Assembly (NCBI RefSeq): GCF_001457595.1
Contig: NZ_LN831039.1
Span: 210,001 to 242,000, forward strand
Direction of reading: 5' to 3'
DNA length: 32,000 nt
Source: Mycolicibacterium smegmatis
Lineage (GTDB): Bacteria > Actinomycetota > Actinomycetes > Mycobacteriales > Mycobacteriaceae
Of this stretch, positions 8,882-17,662 are shown in pieces. The translations under genes were made by a program, and so were the position numbers. How positions within the stretch are numbered: the stretch's first letter is position 1; the number at the start of each line of letters is the position of its first letter. The notes under the pieces are model-generated. The model was not told the DNA's origin. It saw only the letters and a list, made by a program, of their open reading frames with translations, and did not search any database.

Positions 8882-9819
8882 ATGACCGACACGCGCCATG
8901 CCCCGCCACCCGCCCCCGGCCCATCCCCGGGTACGACGTGTCCGCGGGGCCGTTCAGTCACCTTGCGGCCGAGCGCGATCGGCTGGCCGCGTTGCGGTGG
9001 CGACATTTCGACGCCGAGCAGGTGGGAACGACGCTGGGAGCGCAGATCTCAGGAGTGGACCTCACGAGGCCTCTTGCCGGCGCGGTGTTCGACGAACTGC
9101 GCACGGCCCTGCACGAGTACAAGTTCCTGTTCTTCCGTGACCAACCCATGTCCGCGGACGCGCACGCCGCGCTCGCACGGCAGTTCGGGCCGCTGGAGGT
9201 GCACCCGCTGCTGCCGGCCAACAGTGCGGAGTCGGCGTTGGCCCGCTTCCAGAAGGACGCCAACGTGTCGGGGTACGAGAACGCCTGGCATCACGACGTC
9301 ACATGGAGACCCGAGCCGTCGATCCTGGCGATCCTGCACGCCATCGAGGTACCGCCGATCGGGGGCGACACGTTGTTCGCCGACATGTACGCCGCGTACG
9401 ACTCGCTCGACGACGAGACCAAGGCCGAGATCGACCGCCTCGACGCCGCACACGATTTCACGTACTACCTCCGCGGGCTGATACCGGACGAGAAGATCGC
9501 CGAACTGCAGGCCGCGCATCCGCCGGTCACCCACCCCGTGGTGTGCACCCATCCCATCACCGGCCGTCGCCATCTCTACGTCAACCGGATGTTCGTCAGC
9601 CACATCGCCGGATATCCCCACGAGGCGGGTCGTGCGCTGCTGGATCGGTTGTGCCGCAAGACCGATACACCCGAGCATCAGGTCCGGTTCCGCTGGACTC
9701 CCGACTCGGTGGCGATCTGGGACAACCGGGCCGTGCAGCACTACGCGGCGAGCGACTATTGGCCGCACACGCGCATCATGGAGCGGGCGTCGGTGACCGG
9801 GCCCGTGCCCTGCCGCTGA
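8882..9819 (+). CDS. TauD/TfdA-family Fe(II)/2-oxoglutarate dioxygenase; N-terminus interrupted by an apparent 1-nt frameshift near 8913-8928
   Basis: HFDAEQVGTTLGAQISGVDLTRPL; HHDVTW (H-x-D); HTRIMERASV. RBS-preceded ATG at 8882 is in a different frame from the body; the body frame reads ...PIPGYDVSAGPFSHL upstream of the listed start at 8938. Confidence 0.8.
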
Positions 9820-9845
9820 CCACCCATACAGAGGGGACCGACCAG

Positions 9846-11002
9846 ATGGCCCGACCGGAGCCTTTCGCCCACGTCACGCCCGATGAGCAACTCGACGATC
9901 TCAGAAGGCGGCTGCGGGCGACCCGCTGGAACGATGCGCCCGAGGATGCGGGCTGGTCCATCGGCGCCGACTCCGGTTACCTGAGGGAACTGGTGGCTTA
10001 CTGGGTCGACGAATTCGACTGGAGACAGCGAGAACTGGAACTGAACGCGTTGCCGCGGTTCCGCGCGTCGCTCGACGGACTCGGCATTCATTTCGTCCAC
10101 GCGCGGGCCGTCGAAGGATCTCCCGCCCCTTGCCGTTGATCCTCACCCATGGCTGGCCCGACTCGTTCTGGCGGTACGCCAAGGTCATTGCGCTGTTGAC
10201 CGACCCGGCGAGCCACGGCGGGGATCCCGCCGACGCGTTCGATGTGGTGGTGCCCGACCTTCCCGGATTCGGATACTCGGACCGTCCGCGCATTCCGGCG
10301 TTGAATGCGGCCGAGGTCGCCGCGCTGTGGTCGCGCCTCATGACCGCACTGGGCTATCCGCGGTACGGAGCGGTGGGCGGTGACATCGGTAGTAGCGTCA
10401 GCCGCTTTCTGGCCCTGGACTTTCCGGAACAAGTGGTTGCGGTGCATCGTATGGACGCCGGCCTGCCTGCGGGGACTGCCGAACTCGGTGACCTCAGCGA
10501 AGACGAACGCAGGTGGATCGAGGAGGCGACGCGGTGGGGTGGCGCCGAGGGGGCCTACGCCGCGATGCATCGCACCAAACCGCAGACTGCCGCGGTGGGC
10601 CTGACGGACTCGCCGGCCGGTCTCGCTGCGTGGATCGTCGAGAAGATGCGGGCGTGGAGTGACTGCGGCGGGGACGTCGAGAGCGTGTTCAGCAAGGATG
10701 ACCTCCTCACCAACGTCACGGTGTACTGGATGACCGCCACCATCGGCTCGTCGATGCGTATGTACCGGGCGAATGCCGCGATCCCGGTGGAGCAGTACGC
10801 GCGACGCGTCGAGGTGCCGACGGGGTACTCGCTGTTCCGCGGGGACATCGTGCGACCGCCACATGCCTGGCTGCACCGCACCAGCAACGCCGTCTACATC
10901 ACGGAACCACCGCGCGGTGGGCACTTCGCGCCGTACGAGCAACCGGAACTCTATGCCGAGGAACTGCGGAACTTCTTCCGGCCCTACCGCAATCACACCT
11001 GA
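9846..11002 (+). CDS. Epoxide hydrolase (alpha/beta hydrolase with EHN domain), interrupted by an apparent 1-nt frameshift near 10126-10129
   Basis: EHN domain (FAHVTPDEQLDDLRRRLRATRWNDAPEDAGWSIGADSGYLRELVAYWVDEFDW) in frame 3 to TGA 10137-10139; the catalytic domain PLILTHGWPDSFWRYAKV... is in frame 2 from about 10127. Confidence 0.82.
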
Positions 11003-11016
11003 CGGTCTACAACGGA

Positions 11017-12789
11017 GTGATGCCGTTCACCACCCGCCCGACCGTGACCGGATGGCACGGCATGGCCGCGTCCACCCACTGGCTGGCGTCCGGAACCGCG
11101 CAAGCCGTGCTGGAGCGTGGCGGCAACGCCTTCGATGCCGCGGTGGCCGCGGGATTCGTCCTGCACGTCGCCGAACCGCATCTCAACGGTCCAGGCGGGG
11201 ACATGGTGGCGCTGGTGTCCACCTCCACCACCCCGCAGCCCGTGGTCCTGGTCGGACAGGGGCCTGCGCCTGCCGGTGCGACGATCGCGGCCTTTCGGGA
11301 GCGCGGGCTGACGCACGTGCCGGGGGCCGGTGCGCTCGCGGCGGCGGTGCCCGCCGCGGTGGAGACGTGGTTTCACCTGCTGGAGCGTTACGGCACATGG
11401 CGGCTGTCCGACGTCCTCGGCTATGCCGCCGAGTACGCCGAGCGCGGCATCGAGTGCAGCGAGCAGCTCTCGGCTGTGCTCGCCACCATGGCCCGTCATT
11501 TCACCGCGCACTGGCCGACTTCGCGCGACGTGTGGCTGCCCGACGGCACCCCACCCGCACCTGGTGACCTGGTCCGCAATCCGGCGTATGCGGCCGTGCT
11601 GCGCCGGTTGTCCGAGGCCGGCGCGACCGGTACCCGCGTGGCGGGCATCGACCGGGCCCGCCGGATGTGGCGCAATGAGATTGCCTCGGCCATCGTCGAA
11701 TTCACGTCACGGCCACACCGCCACTCGGGTGGCGGTGACCATGCCGGGGTGCTCACCACATCGGACTTCCAGAATCTGCGGATCGGTTCGGAAGCGTCGC
11801 TGCGGCTGCGGTTCCGCGGTGTCGACGTGGTCAAGGCCGGGTTCTGGTCATCGGGGCCGGTGTTGTTGCAGGCGTTGGGAATTCTCGACCAGGCAGCGGC
11901 ATCGCGCAGCATCGACCCCGACACCGCCGCCGGGGCACACACGATCGTCGAGACCGTCAAGCTGGCGATGGCCGACCGCGAGGCGTACTACGGCGACGCC
12001 CGCCCCGACCAGGGGGTCCTTGGGCAACTTCTCTCCGTCGAGTACTGCGCGGAGCGTGCGGGTGCCATCACCGATCACGCAGCGACCGTCGTCGATCCCG
12101 GTGTGTTGCCGGGCATCCGGCCCTACCGGTCACGGACCACCGTCACGCCCCACGACGAACTCGGCACGGGTGAGCCGACGGTGTCGCGTACCGGCGAAAC
12201 CCGCGGTGACACCTGTCATCTGGACGTGGTGGACCGTTTCGGCAACATGATCTCGGCAACCCCGTCCGGCGGGTGGCTGCAGTCGTCACCGGCTGTCCCT
12301 GGCCTGGGCTTCTGTCTGGGTACACGGCTGCAGATGACCTGGCTCGACGAGGACAGCCCCTCGGCGTTGAAGCCGGGGACCCGCCCGCGGACGACGCTGA
12401 GCCCGACCATGGTGCTCGAGGCGGGCGTACCCGTGACGTCACTGGGCACGCCCGGCGGTGACCAGCAGGACCAGTGGCAACTGCTCTATCTGTTGCGCAC
12501 CATCGTCACAGGCATGACACCACAACAGGCGATCGACGCTCCGATGTACCACACCACCGCTTTTCCCGGGTCGTTCGTGCCGCGTACCGCATCGGAACGC
12601 GGTGTGGTGGTGGAGGATCGGGCCGGAACCGAGGTGATCGACGGATTGCGCGGCCGCGGGCACGACGTGACCGTCACAGACGGTTGGTCACTCGGAAGGC
12701 TGTCCATGGTGGGCCGAGACCGTGTGACCGGCCGGTTGTGCGCGGCCGCCAACCCCCGTGGCGGCACCGGTTACGCCGTCGGGCGGTGA
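11017..12789 (+). CDS. Gamma-glutamyltransferase-like family protein (Ntn hydrolase)
   Basis: AVLERGGNAFDAAVAAGFVLHVAEPHLNGPGGDM; nucleophile-region-like GDTCHLDVVDRFGNMISATPSGGW. Start GTG 11017 or ATG 11020. Confidence 0.85.
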   Translation: MMPFTTRPTVTGWHGMAASTHWLASGTAQAVLERGGNAFDAAVAAGFVLHVAEPHLNGPGGDMVALVSTSTTPQPVVLVGQGPAPAGATIAAFRERGLTHVPGAGALAAAVPAAVETWFHLLERYGTWRLSDVLGYAAEYAERGIECSEQLSAVLATMARHFTAHWPTSRDVWLPDGTPPAPGDLVRNPAYAAVLRRLSEAGATGTRVAGIDRARRMWRNEIASAIVEFTSRPHRHSGGGDHAGVLTTSDFQNLRIGSEASLRLRFRGVDVVKAGFWSSGPVLLQALGILDQAAASRSIDPDTAAGAHTIVETVKLAMADREAYYGDARPDQGVLGQLLSVEYCAERAGAITDHAATVVDPGVLPGIRPYRSRTTVTPHDELGTGEPTVSRTGETRGDTCHLDVVDRFGNMISATPSGGWLQSSPAVPGLGFCLGTRLQMTWLDEDSPSALKPGTRPRTTLSPTMVLEAGVPVTSLGTPGGDQQDQWQLLYLLRTIVTGMTPQQAIDAPMYHTTAFPGSFVPRTASERGVVVEDRAGTEVIDGLRGRGHDVTVTDGWSLGRLSMVGRDRVTGRLCAAANPRGGTGYAVGR

Positions 12790-13239
12790 ATCCACCGGAG
12801 GTTCCGGCAGGGGTTCGAGGCCTTCGGCCCGCCTCTTGAGCCGTACGCTGCGCAGGATCTGCAAGCTGAGGTTGGTCGACGTGATCATCGGGAAAATGCC
12901 GAGGAACGTGCGCTCGGACGGGGTGCGCCCGTGCAACTGCTCGAGGCTGCCGAACACATAGAAACACCCGAGAAAGAACAGGGTGGCCGGAACGGCAAGT
13001 GCCAGCAGGCTGCCGCGATCGTGGAGAACCTGGCGGGCGAGGCTGAGCTCGTCGGCGGTCATCGGTGCACGTTTGCCCACCTTGCGCACCGCTGCGGTCG
13101 CGGCACCGATCCCGAGCGTCGCGGTGACGTGCGCCCGCCGCCCGACGCGCCTGGTGAACATGAACGCTCCGAACGCGGCCACCCAGATCAAGGTGAACGA
13201 GATGATCGCGAAGATGCCGTACAGAGTGGAAGTGGTCAT
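12688..13239 (-). CDS. Small membrane protein of unknown function encoded downstream of mmpL
   Basis: TM segments ISFTLIWVAAFGAFMFTRR and LALAVPATLFFLGCFYVFG; ATG overlaps mmpL TGA (ATGA). Last about 100 nt are antisense to the GGT-like gene. Confidence 0.65.
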   Translation of the reverse strand: MTTSTLYGIFAIISFTLIWVAAFGAFMFTRRVGRRAHVTATLGIGAATAAVRKVGKRAPMTADELSLARQVLHDRGSLLALAVPATLFFLGCFYVFGSLEQLHGRTPSERTFLGIFPMITSTNLSLQILRSVRLKRRAEGLEPLPEPPVDSPPDGVTGAATGVGGRAQPAGHTVSAHHGQPSE

Positions 13240-16079
13240 ACCACATCTGCCCTTTCACGTTGCCGCACCGCCTGTCTCAACGGTCGTTGCCGGATGAAGG
13301 TGGGCCACCAGAACCACGGGCCGAGCAGCCGCAGCAGGCACGGCACCACCAGCGAGCGAACGATCATGGTGTCCAGCAGCAGGCCGATACACACCGTGGT
13401 GCCCAGTTGGCCGATCGTGCGCAGATCACTGACCAGCATCGACAGCATGGTGAACGCGAACACCAGGCCGGCCGAGGTCACCACGGCGCCCGTGCTGCCC
13501 AGCGCGCGGATGAGGCCCGTGTTGAGTCCCGCCCCGGTCTCCTCCTTCACCCGGGATATCAACAGCAGGTTGTAGTCGGAGCCGACGGCGACCAGGATGA
13601 TGAAGCTCAGCGGCAGAATCAGCCAGTGCAGCGGCAACCCGATGAGGTGCTGCCACATCATGACCGACAACCCGAACGCGCCGGCGAACGAGAACGCGAC
13701 GGTGCCGGGAATGACCATGGCGGCCACCAGGCTTCGGGTCAGATACAGCATGATGAGGAAGATCAGCACGAACGCCGCGATCGCCACGATGAGCAGATCC
13801 GATGCGGCATAGGTCTTGATGTCCAGGTTGTTCGACGCCGCGCCGCCGATGTAGATCCTGGCGCCGGCCAGCGAGGTCTCCTTGAGCGCCATCTTGATGG
13901 CGTCGGGGAACTGCTCGACGTGTTCGATGCCCTCCGGGGCCATGGCGTTGCCCTCGTGGGTGATGATGAACCGGGCGGCCTTGCCGTCGGGTGACATCAG
14001 CAGCTTCATGCCGGTCTTGACGTCGTCGTTGTCGAACGCCTCGTGGGGGATGTAGAAGAAGTCGTCGCTGCGCGCCGCGTCGAAATCGTTGCCGACGTTG
14101 ATCTGGTCGTAGTACGTCTGGTCGGTCTGGGTGGATTGCAGATGCGCCGGGCCGTAGTTGTTGGTGATGACTCCCAGCAGCGCCCGGCTGTCGGCGATCA
14201 TCCGCTCCAGTTGCGTGATCATCTGCGGCAGCAGGCGATCGATGGCCTCGAACGAGACGACGGCGTTGCCGATCTGTTCATCGAGGCTGTCGATGCCGTC
14301 GAGCGAGTCGAACAGCGAACGCATCGCGAAGCACACCGGGATGTCGAAACAGTGTGGTTCCCAGTAGAAGTAGTTCTTGAGTGGGCGCAGGAAGTCGTCG
14401 AGATTCGAGATGCCCTCGTTCACCTCGTCGGTCACCTCCTTGAGGTTCTCGAATGTCAAGACGGTCGAGTGCAATTCGGCCGACATCTGCTGGGTGATCG
14501 TGATCACGTGCTGCAAGACCTCGACCGAACGTGCCTGGATCTCGGCCTGTCTGTCGGTGTTCTCGTTCGCCTGCTCGCTGAACGGCAGTTGCTGGCCGTT
14601 GGTGCTGCCCTGCGTGGTGAACAGGTAGGGAATGGTCGCGTGCTCCAAGGGCCGGCCCAGTGGCCTGGTGATGCTCTGCACCATGGCCACACCGGGAAGC
14701 CGGATGAGGGCTTTGGCCACACGGTCCAGGGAGATGAAGTCCGCCGAATTGCGCATATCGTGATCGGTCTCGATCATCAGCATCTCGGAGAACAGCTTGC
14801 TCTGGTTGAAATGCCGGTCGGCGGCCTGGAAACCGAGATTGGCCGGCGCATCCACCGGTTGGTATGCCCGATCGTCGTAGTTGACACGGTAGGACGGGAC
14901 GAACACCGCGCCGACCATGACGACCGCGGCGCTGGCGACGAAAATCGGTTTGGGCCAGCGCACGACGCTCGTGCCGATACGCCGATACAGGTGGCCCCGG
15001 GTCGGTCGTTTCGGATCGAACAGTGCCAGCAGGCTGCCCAGCGTCAGCAGTGCGGGTGCGAGCGTCAACGCCGCCGCGATCGTGAACAGCATGCTGATGG
15101 CCACGGCCGGGCCCATGGTGTGGAAGTAGTCGAGACGCGCGAGGCTCAGACAGAAACAGGCGCCCGCGATCGTCAGGCCGGATCCGATGATGATCGGGGC
15201 CACGCTGCGGTAGGCGGTGAAGTAGGCGTCCTCACGGGACTCACCGGACTGGCGGGCCTCGTGGTAGCGGCCCAGCAGGAAGATACCGTAATCCGTTCCG
15301 GCGCCGAGGGTCAGCGCCACCACCACGTTCACCGCGAATGACGACAGCGGGATGAGACCGAAGTGCCCGAGGGTCGCGATGACGCCTTTGGCGACGAGCA
15401 TCTCGATGAGCACGGCGGGCAGGGGTACGAGCAGGCACGCCGCCGACCGGTAGACCAGCAGCAGCATCACGACGATGAGGATGATCGTGAAGATCGTGAT
15501 GTTGTTGAGGCTGGAGTTCGCGGTCGAGAGGGTGTCCGAGGTCAACGGTGCGGCACCGCTCACGTAGACCTTGAGGCCCTGGGGCGGTGCGTCGTCGGCG
15601 ATGATGTCGCGGACCGCGTCGACGGACTCGTTGGCCTCGAGCTGACCGATGTTTCCCGCAAGACGCAAGAGCACGAATGAGGCTTTGCCATCGACACTCT
15701 GGGCGCCTGCCGCGGTGATGGGCTTGCCCCACAGATCCATCACGTACTGCACGTGCTCGGTGTCGGCCTGCAATCGGCGGACCAGATCGTCGTAGTACCT
15801 GTGGTCGCCGTCGTCGAGGGGGCGGTCGGCCTCGAAGACCAGCATGGTCAGGTTGGTGGAGTCGGATTCCTGAAACTTCTCGCCGATGTGCAGCAGCGCG
15901 ACCTGGGACGGCGCGTAGTTCGGGATCATCGGGCCGGCGAGTTCGTCGGCGACGTGCTCGACCTGTGGGATGAAGGTGTTGGTGGTGACCGCGAGCAGGC
16001 CCCAGAACACGATGATCGGCACGGCCAGCACACGCACGGTACGCGCGAAGAACGGCCGGCCCGCCCGGTGTGCGCTCAT
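13236..16079 (-). CDS. MmpL-family RND transporter
   Basis: VVVALTLGAGTDYGIFLLGRYHEARQSGESREDA and ILVAVGSDYNLLLISRVKEE motifs, two TM bundles, LFDPKRPTRG linker. ATG at 16079. Confidence 0.95.
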   Translation of the reverse strand: MSAHRAGRPFFARTVRVLAVPIIVFWGLLAVTTNTFIPQVEHVADELAGPMIPNYAPSQVALLHIGEKFQESDSTNLTMLVFEADRPLDDGDHRYYDDLVRRLQADTEHVQYVMDLWGKPITAAGAQSVDGKASFVLLRLAGNIGQLEANESVDAVRDIIADDAPPQGLKVYVSGAAPLTSDTLSTANSSLNNITIFTIILIVVMLLLVYRSAACLLVPLPAVLIEMLVAKGVIATLGHFGLIPLSSFAVNVVVALTLGAGTDYGIFLLGRYHEARQSGESREDAYFTAYRSVAPIIIGSGLTIAGACFCLSLARLDYFHTMGPAVAISMLFTIAAALTLAPALLTLGSLLALFDPKRPTRGHLYRRIGTSVVRWPKPIFVASAAVVMVGAVFVPSYRVNYDDRAYQPVDAPANLGFQAADRHFNQSKLFSEMLMIETDHDMRNSADFISLDRVAKALIRLPGVAMVQSITRPLGRPLEHATIPYLFTTQGSTNGQQLPFSEQANENTDRQAEIQARSVEVLQHVITITQQMSAELHSTVLTFENLKEVTDEVNEGISNLDDFLRPLKNYFYWEPHCFDIPVCFAMRSLFDSLDGIDSLDEQIGNAVVSFEAIDRLLPQMITQLERMIADSRALLGVITNNYGPAHLQSTQTDQTYYDQINVGNDFDAARSDDFFYIPHEAFDNDDVKTGMKLLMSPDGKAARFIITHEGNAMAPEGIEHVEQFPDAIKMALKETSLAGARIYIGGAASNNLDIKTYAASDLLIVAIAAFVLIFLIMLYLTRSLVAAMVIPGTVAFSFAGAFGLSVMMWQHLIGLPLHWLILPLSFIILVAVGSDYNLLLISRVKEETGAGLNTGLIRALGSTGAVVTSAGLVFAFTMLSMLVSDLRTIGQLGTTVCIGLLLDTMIVRSLVVPCLLRLLGPWFWWPTFIRQRPLRQAVRQRERADVV

Positions 16080-16570
16080 GCGGACTTGACCCGGCACGTG
16101 ACGTCCGCGTTGGCGTGCGTCGATGAACGTTCGTCGCGCACAACGTCGTTCACGAGGATGCGGCAACCGACCTCGCCGCCCTGGACCTGCGCGGAGATGC
16201 TCCCGGACACGACGGTCAACGTCGTGGTCTCGGTGTGGGACCAGGGGAGTTCGCTGACGTCGACGCGGTGCGGGTTGCCTTCGATGTCGACGTAGGTCAG
16301 CATCCCGCCGTTTCCGGGTGATCCGAACAGTTCGTACGTCATGCGTTTCGGTGTGAACTGTTCCGGTGCCTGCGCGGCGAGCACCGTGGGCACCGGTCCG
16401 GGGGCCGACATCTCGTGCACCTTCCAGACCGCCAGGGAACCGATTCCGAGGGCGATGACGGTGACGGCGGGCAGCCAGCCTTTCTGCAGGGCGCCGGGCA
16501 CGACAGTTCGGCGCGCCGTCGTGCGCTCACCCGTCTTCCGCGCGGGCGGTTTCACGGCCACGAGGGTCAT
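16076..16570 (-). CDS. MmpS-family transport accessory protein
   Basis: Single TM, KRMTYELFGSPGNGGMLTYVDIEGNPHRVDVSELPWSHTETTTL...CRILVNDVVRDE typical of MmpS. ATGA overlap with mmpL. Confidence 0.93.
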   Translation of the reverse strand: MTLVAVKPPARKTGERTTARRTVVPGALQKGWLPAVTVIALGIGSLAVWKVHEMSAPGPVPTVLAAQAPEQFTPKRMTYELFGSPGNGGMLTYVDIEGNPHRVDVSELPWSHTETTTLTVVSGSISAQVQGGEVGCRILVNDVVRDERSSTHANADVTCRVKSA

Positions 16571-16576
16571 ATGTAT

Positions 16577-16590
16577 ATCACCTATGTGAT
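16577..16590. promoter_or_regulatory. Candidate regulator-binding dyad upstream of mmpS
   Basis: ATCAC-CTAT-GTGAT, perfect 5-4-5 inverted repeat overlapping the mmpS RBS region (minus strand AGGTGAT). Confidence 0.4.
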
Positions 16591-16737
16591 TCGATGCTGC
16601 TGGAGATCTTGCTTGCTAGGGGCCAAACTCCATGGCATCCAATTTTTATTCCATCCCAGGCCAAGAATTCGCGCCTGAACACCTGTCAACTTTCAGAAGT
16701 GCAATGAATGTGTCCCCAATTTACTTCCTGTGAATGA

Positions 16738-16743
16738 TATAAA
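16738..16743 (+). promoter_or_regulatory. Candidate -10 element for a leaderless MarR-family transcript
   Basis: TATAAA ending 6 nt before GTG start at 16750. Confidence 0.35.
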
Positions 16744-16749
16744 TGACCT

Positions 16750-17214
16750 GTGAGCACAGTGGTCGACACCCGCAGTGTGGAAGCCATCTCGGAGATGATC
16801 ATCACCGGCACGGATCTTCTGTGGCGACATCTGGTCGACCGCACCGCGCTGAGCTCCAGCGCAACACTTCTGCTCAATCGACTCGAACGTCAGGGACCGA
16901 TGCGGCTGACCGCGCTGGCCGAGGCGGAGGGCGCGAGCCAGTCGGGCATGACGCAACTGGTGCAACGGCTGGAACAGCAGGGACTGGTGGAACGCTGCAG
17001 CGATCCCGAAGACGGACGCGCGCGGCTCGTGGCGATCAGCGAAGCGGGCCGCAAACAGTGGGACACGCGCGCCGAGATCCGCAGGCAGCGCCTCACCGGA
17101 CTGCTGGCCGCCGTGCCCGCCGACGATCAGGTGGCGCTCGCGCTCGCCGCGCAGATCGGGGCACGGGTGCTCACGCAGATGCGCGAGATCGCCGACGCCG
17201 GGCTCAGCGAGTGA
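16750..17214 (+). CDS. MarR-family transcriptional regulator
   Basis: GPMRLTALAEAEGASQSGMTQLVQRLEQQGLVERCSDPEDGRARLVAISEAG is a MarR wHTH with DxRxxxVxLT-like wing. Confidence 0.9.
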   Translation: MSTVVDTRSVEAISEMIITGTDLLWRHLVDRTALSSSATLLLNRLERQGPMRLTALAEAEGASQSGMTQLVQRLEQQGLVERCSDPEDGRARLVAISEAGRKQWDTRAEIRRQRLTGLLAAVPADDQVALALAAQIGARVLTQMREIADAGLSE

Positions 17215-17662
17215 TCCGCTTGGCGTAGAAGACCCGGGAGTATCCGTCCTGTTCACCGCGGGCCGTATCGACGTAGCCATGCCGGGGGTAGAACGTCTGG
17301 TTCTCGGTCATCTTCTCGTTGGTGTAAAGCCGCACCTCCGGCAGCCCGAGTTCACGGGCATCCTGCTCGGCCCGGGCAAGCAACCGCGCACCGTACCCAC
17401 GGCCCTGTGTGCCGGGCGCGACGGCGACGGTGTCGAGCAGCAGGTGGTCGTCGTGCACCTCGTTGACGAGCGCCCCGACCAGCCTGCCGTCGGCCTCCAG
17501 CACCCACACTCGCGAATTCTCCAGCGCTGCGGCGTAATCGGCCGACATCGGTGCGGGCTCCCGACCGATTCTGGGGACGTACAGCGCGAACGCATCCCGC
17601 ACGAGCCGTTCGATGCCGGGTACGTCGGAGGGCTCAGCACGGCGGATGACGGTGTCACTCAC
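17204..17662 (-). CDS. GNAT-family N-acetyltransferase
   Basis: LLLDTVAVAPGTQGRGYGARLLARAEQDARELGLPEVRLYTNEKMTENQTFYPRHGY. GTG start at 17662 overlapping the anmK stop. Confidence 0.88.
   Translation of the reverse strand: MSDTVIRRAEPSDVPGIERLVRDAFALYVPRIGREPAPMSADYAAALENSRVWVLEADGRLVGALVNEVHDDHLLLDTVAVAPGTQGRGYGARLLARAEQDARELGLPEVRLYTNEKMTENQTFYPRHGYVDTARGEQDGYSRVFYAKRITR

Noticed and set aside
7583-9481. 632-aa plus-strand ORF spanning the GntR and TetR genes into the TauD gene
   Set aside because: Runs antisense to two well-supported regulators; only the short MTDTRHAPPP stretch at 8882 is meaningful, as the probable frameshifted TauD N-terminus.
14043-15341. 432-aa plus-strand ORF opposite mmpL
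   Set aside because: Antisense shadow of the MmpL reading frame; low-complexity His/Arg/Asp-rich protein without domains.
16657-16677. CAGGC-N11-GCCTG inverted repeat centred on GAATTC in the mmpS/MarR intergenic region
   Set aside because: Arms only 5 bp with a long spacer; expected by chance at this GC content.
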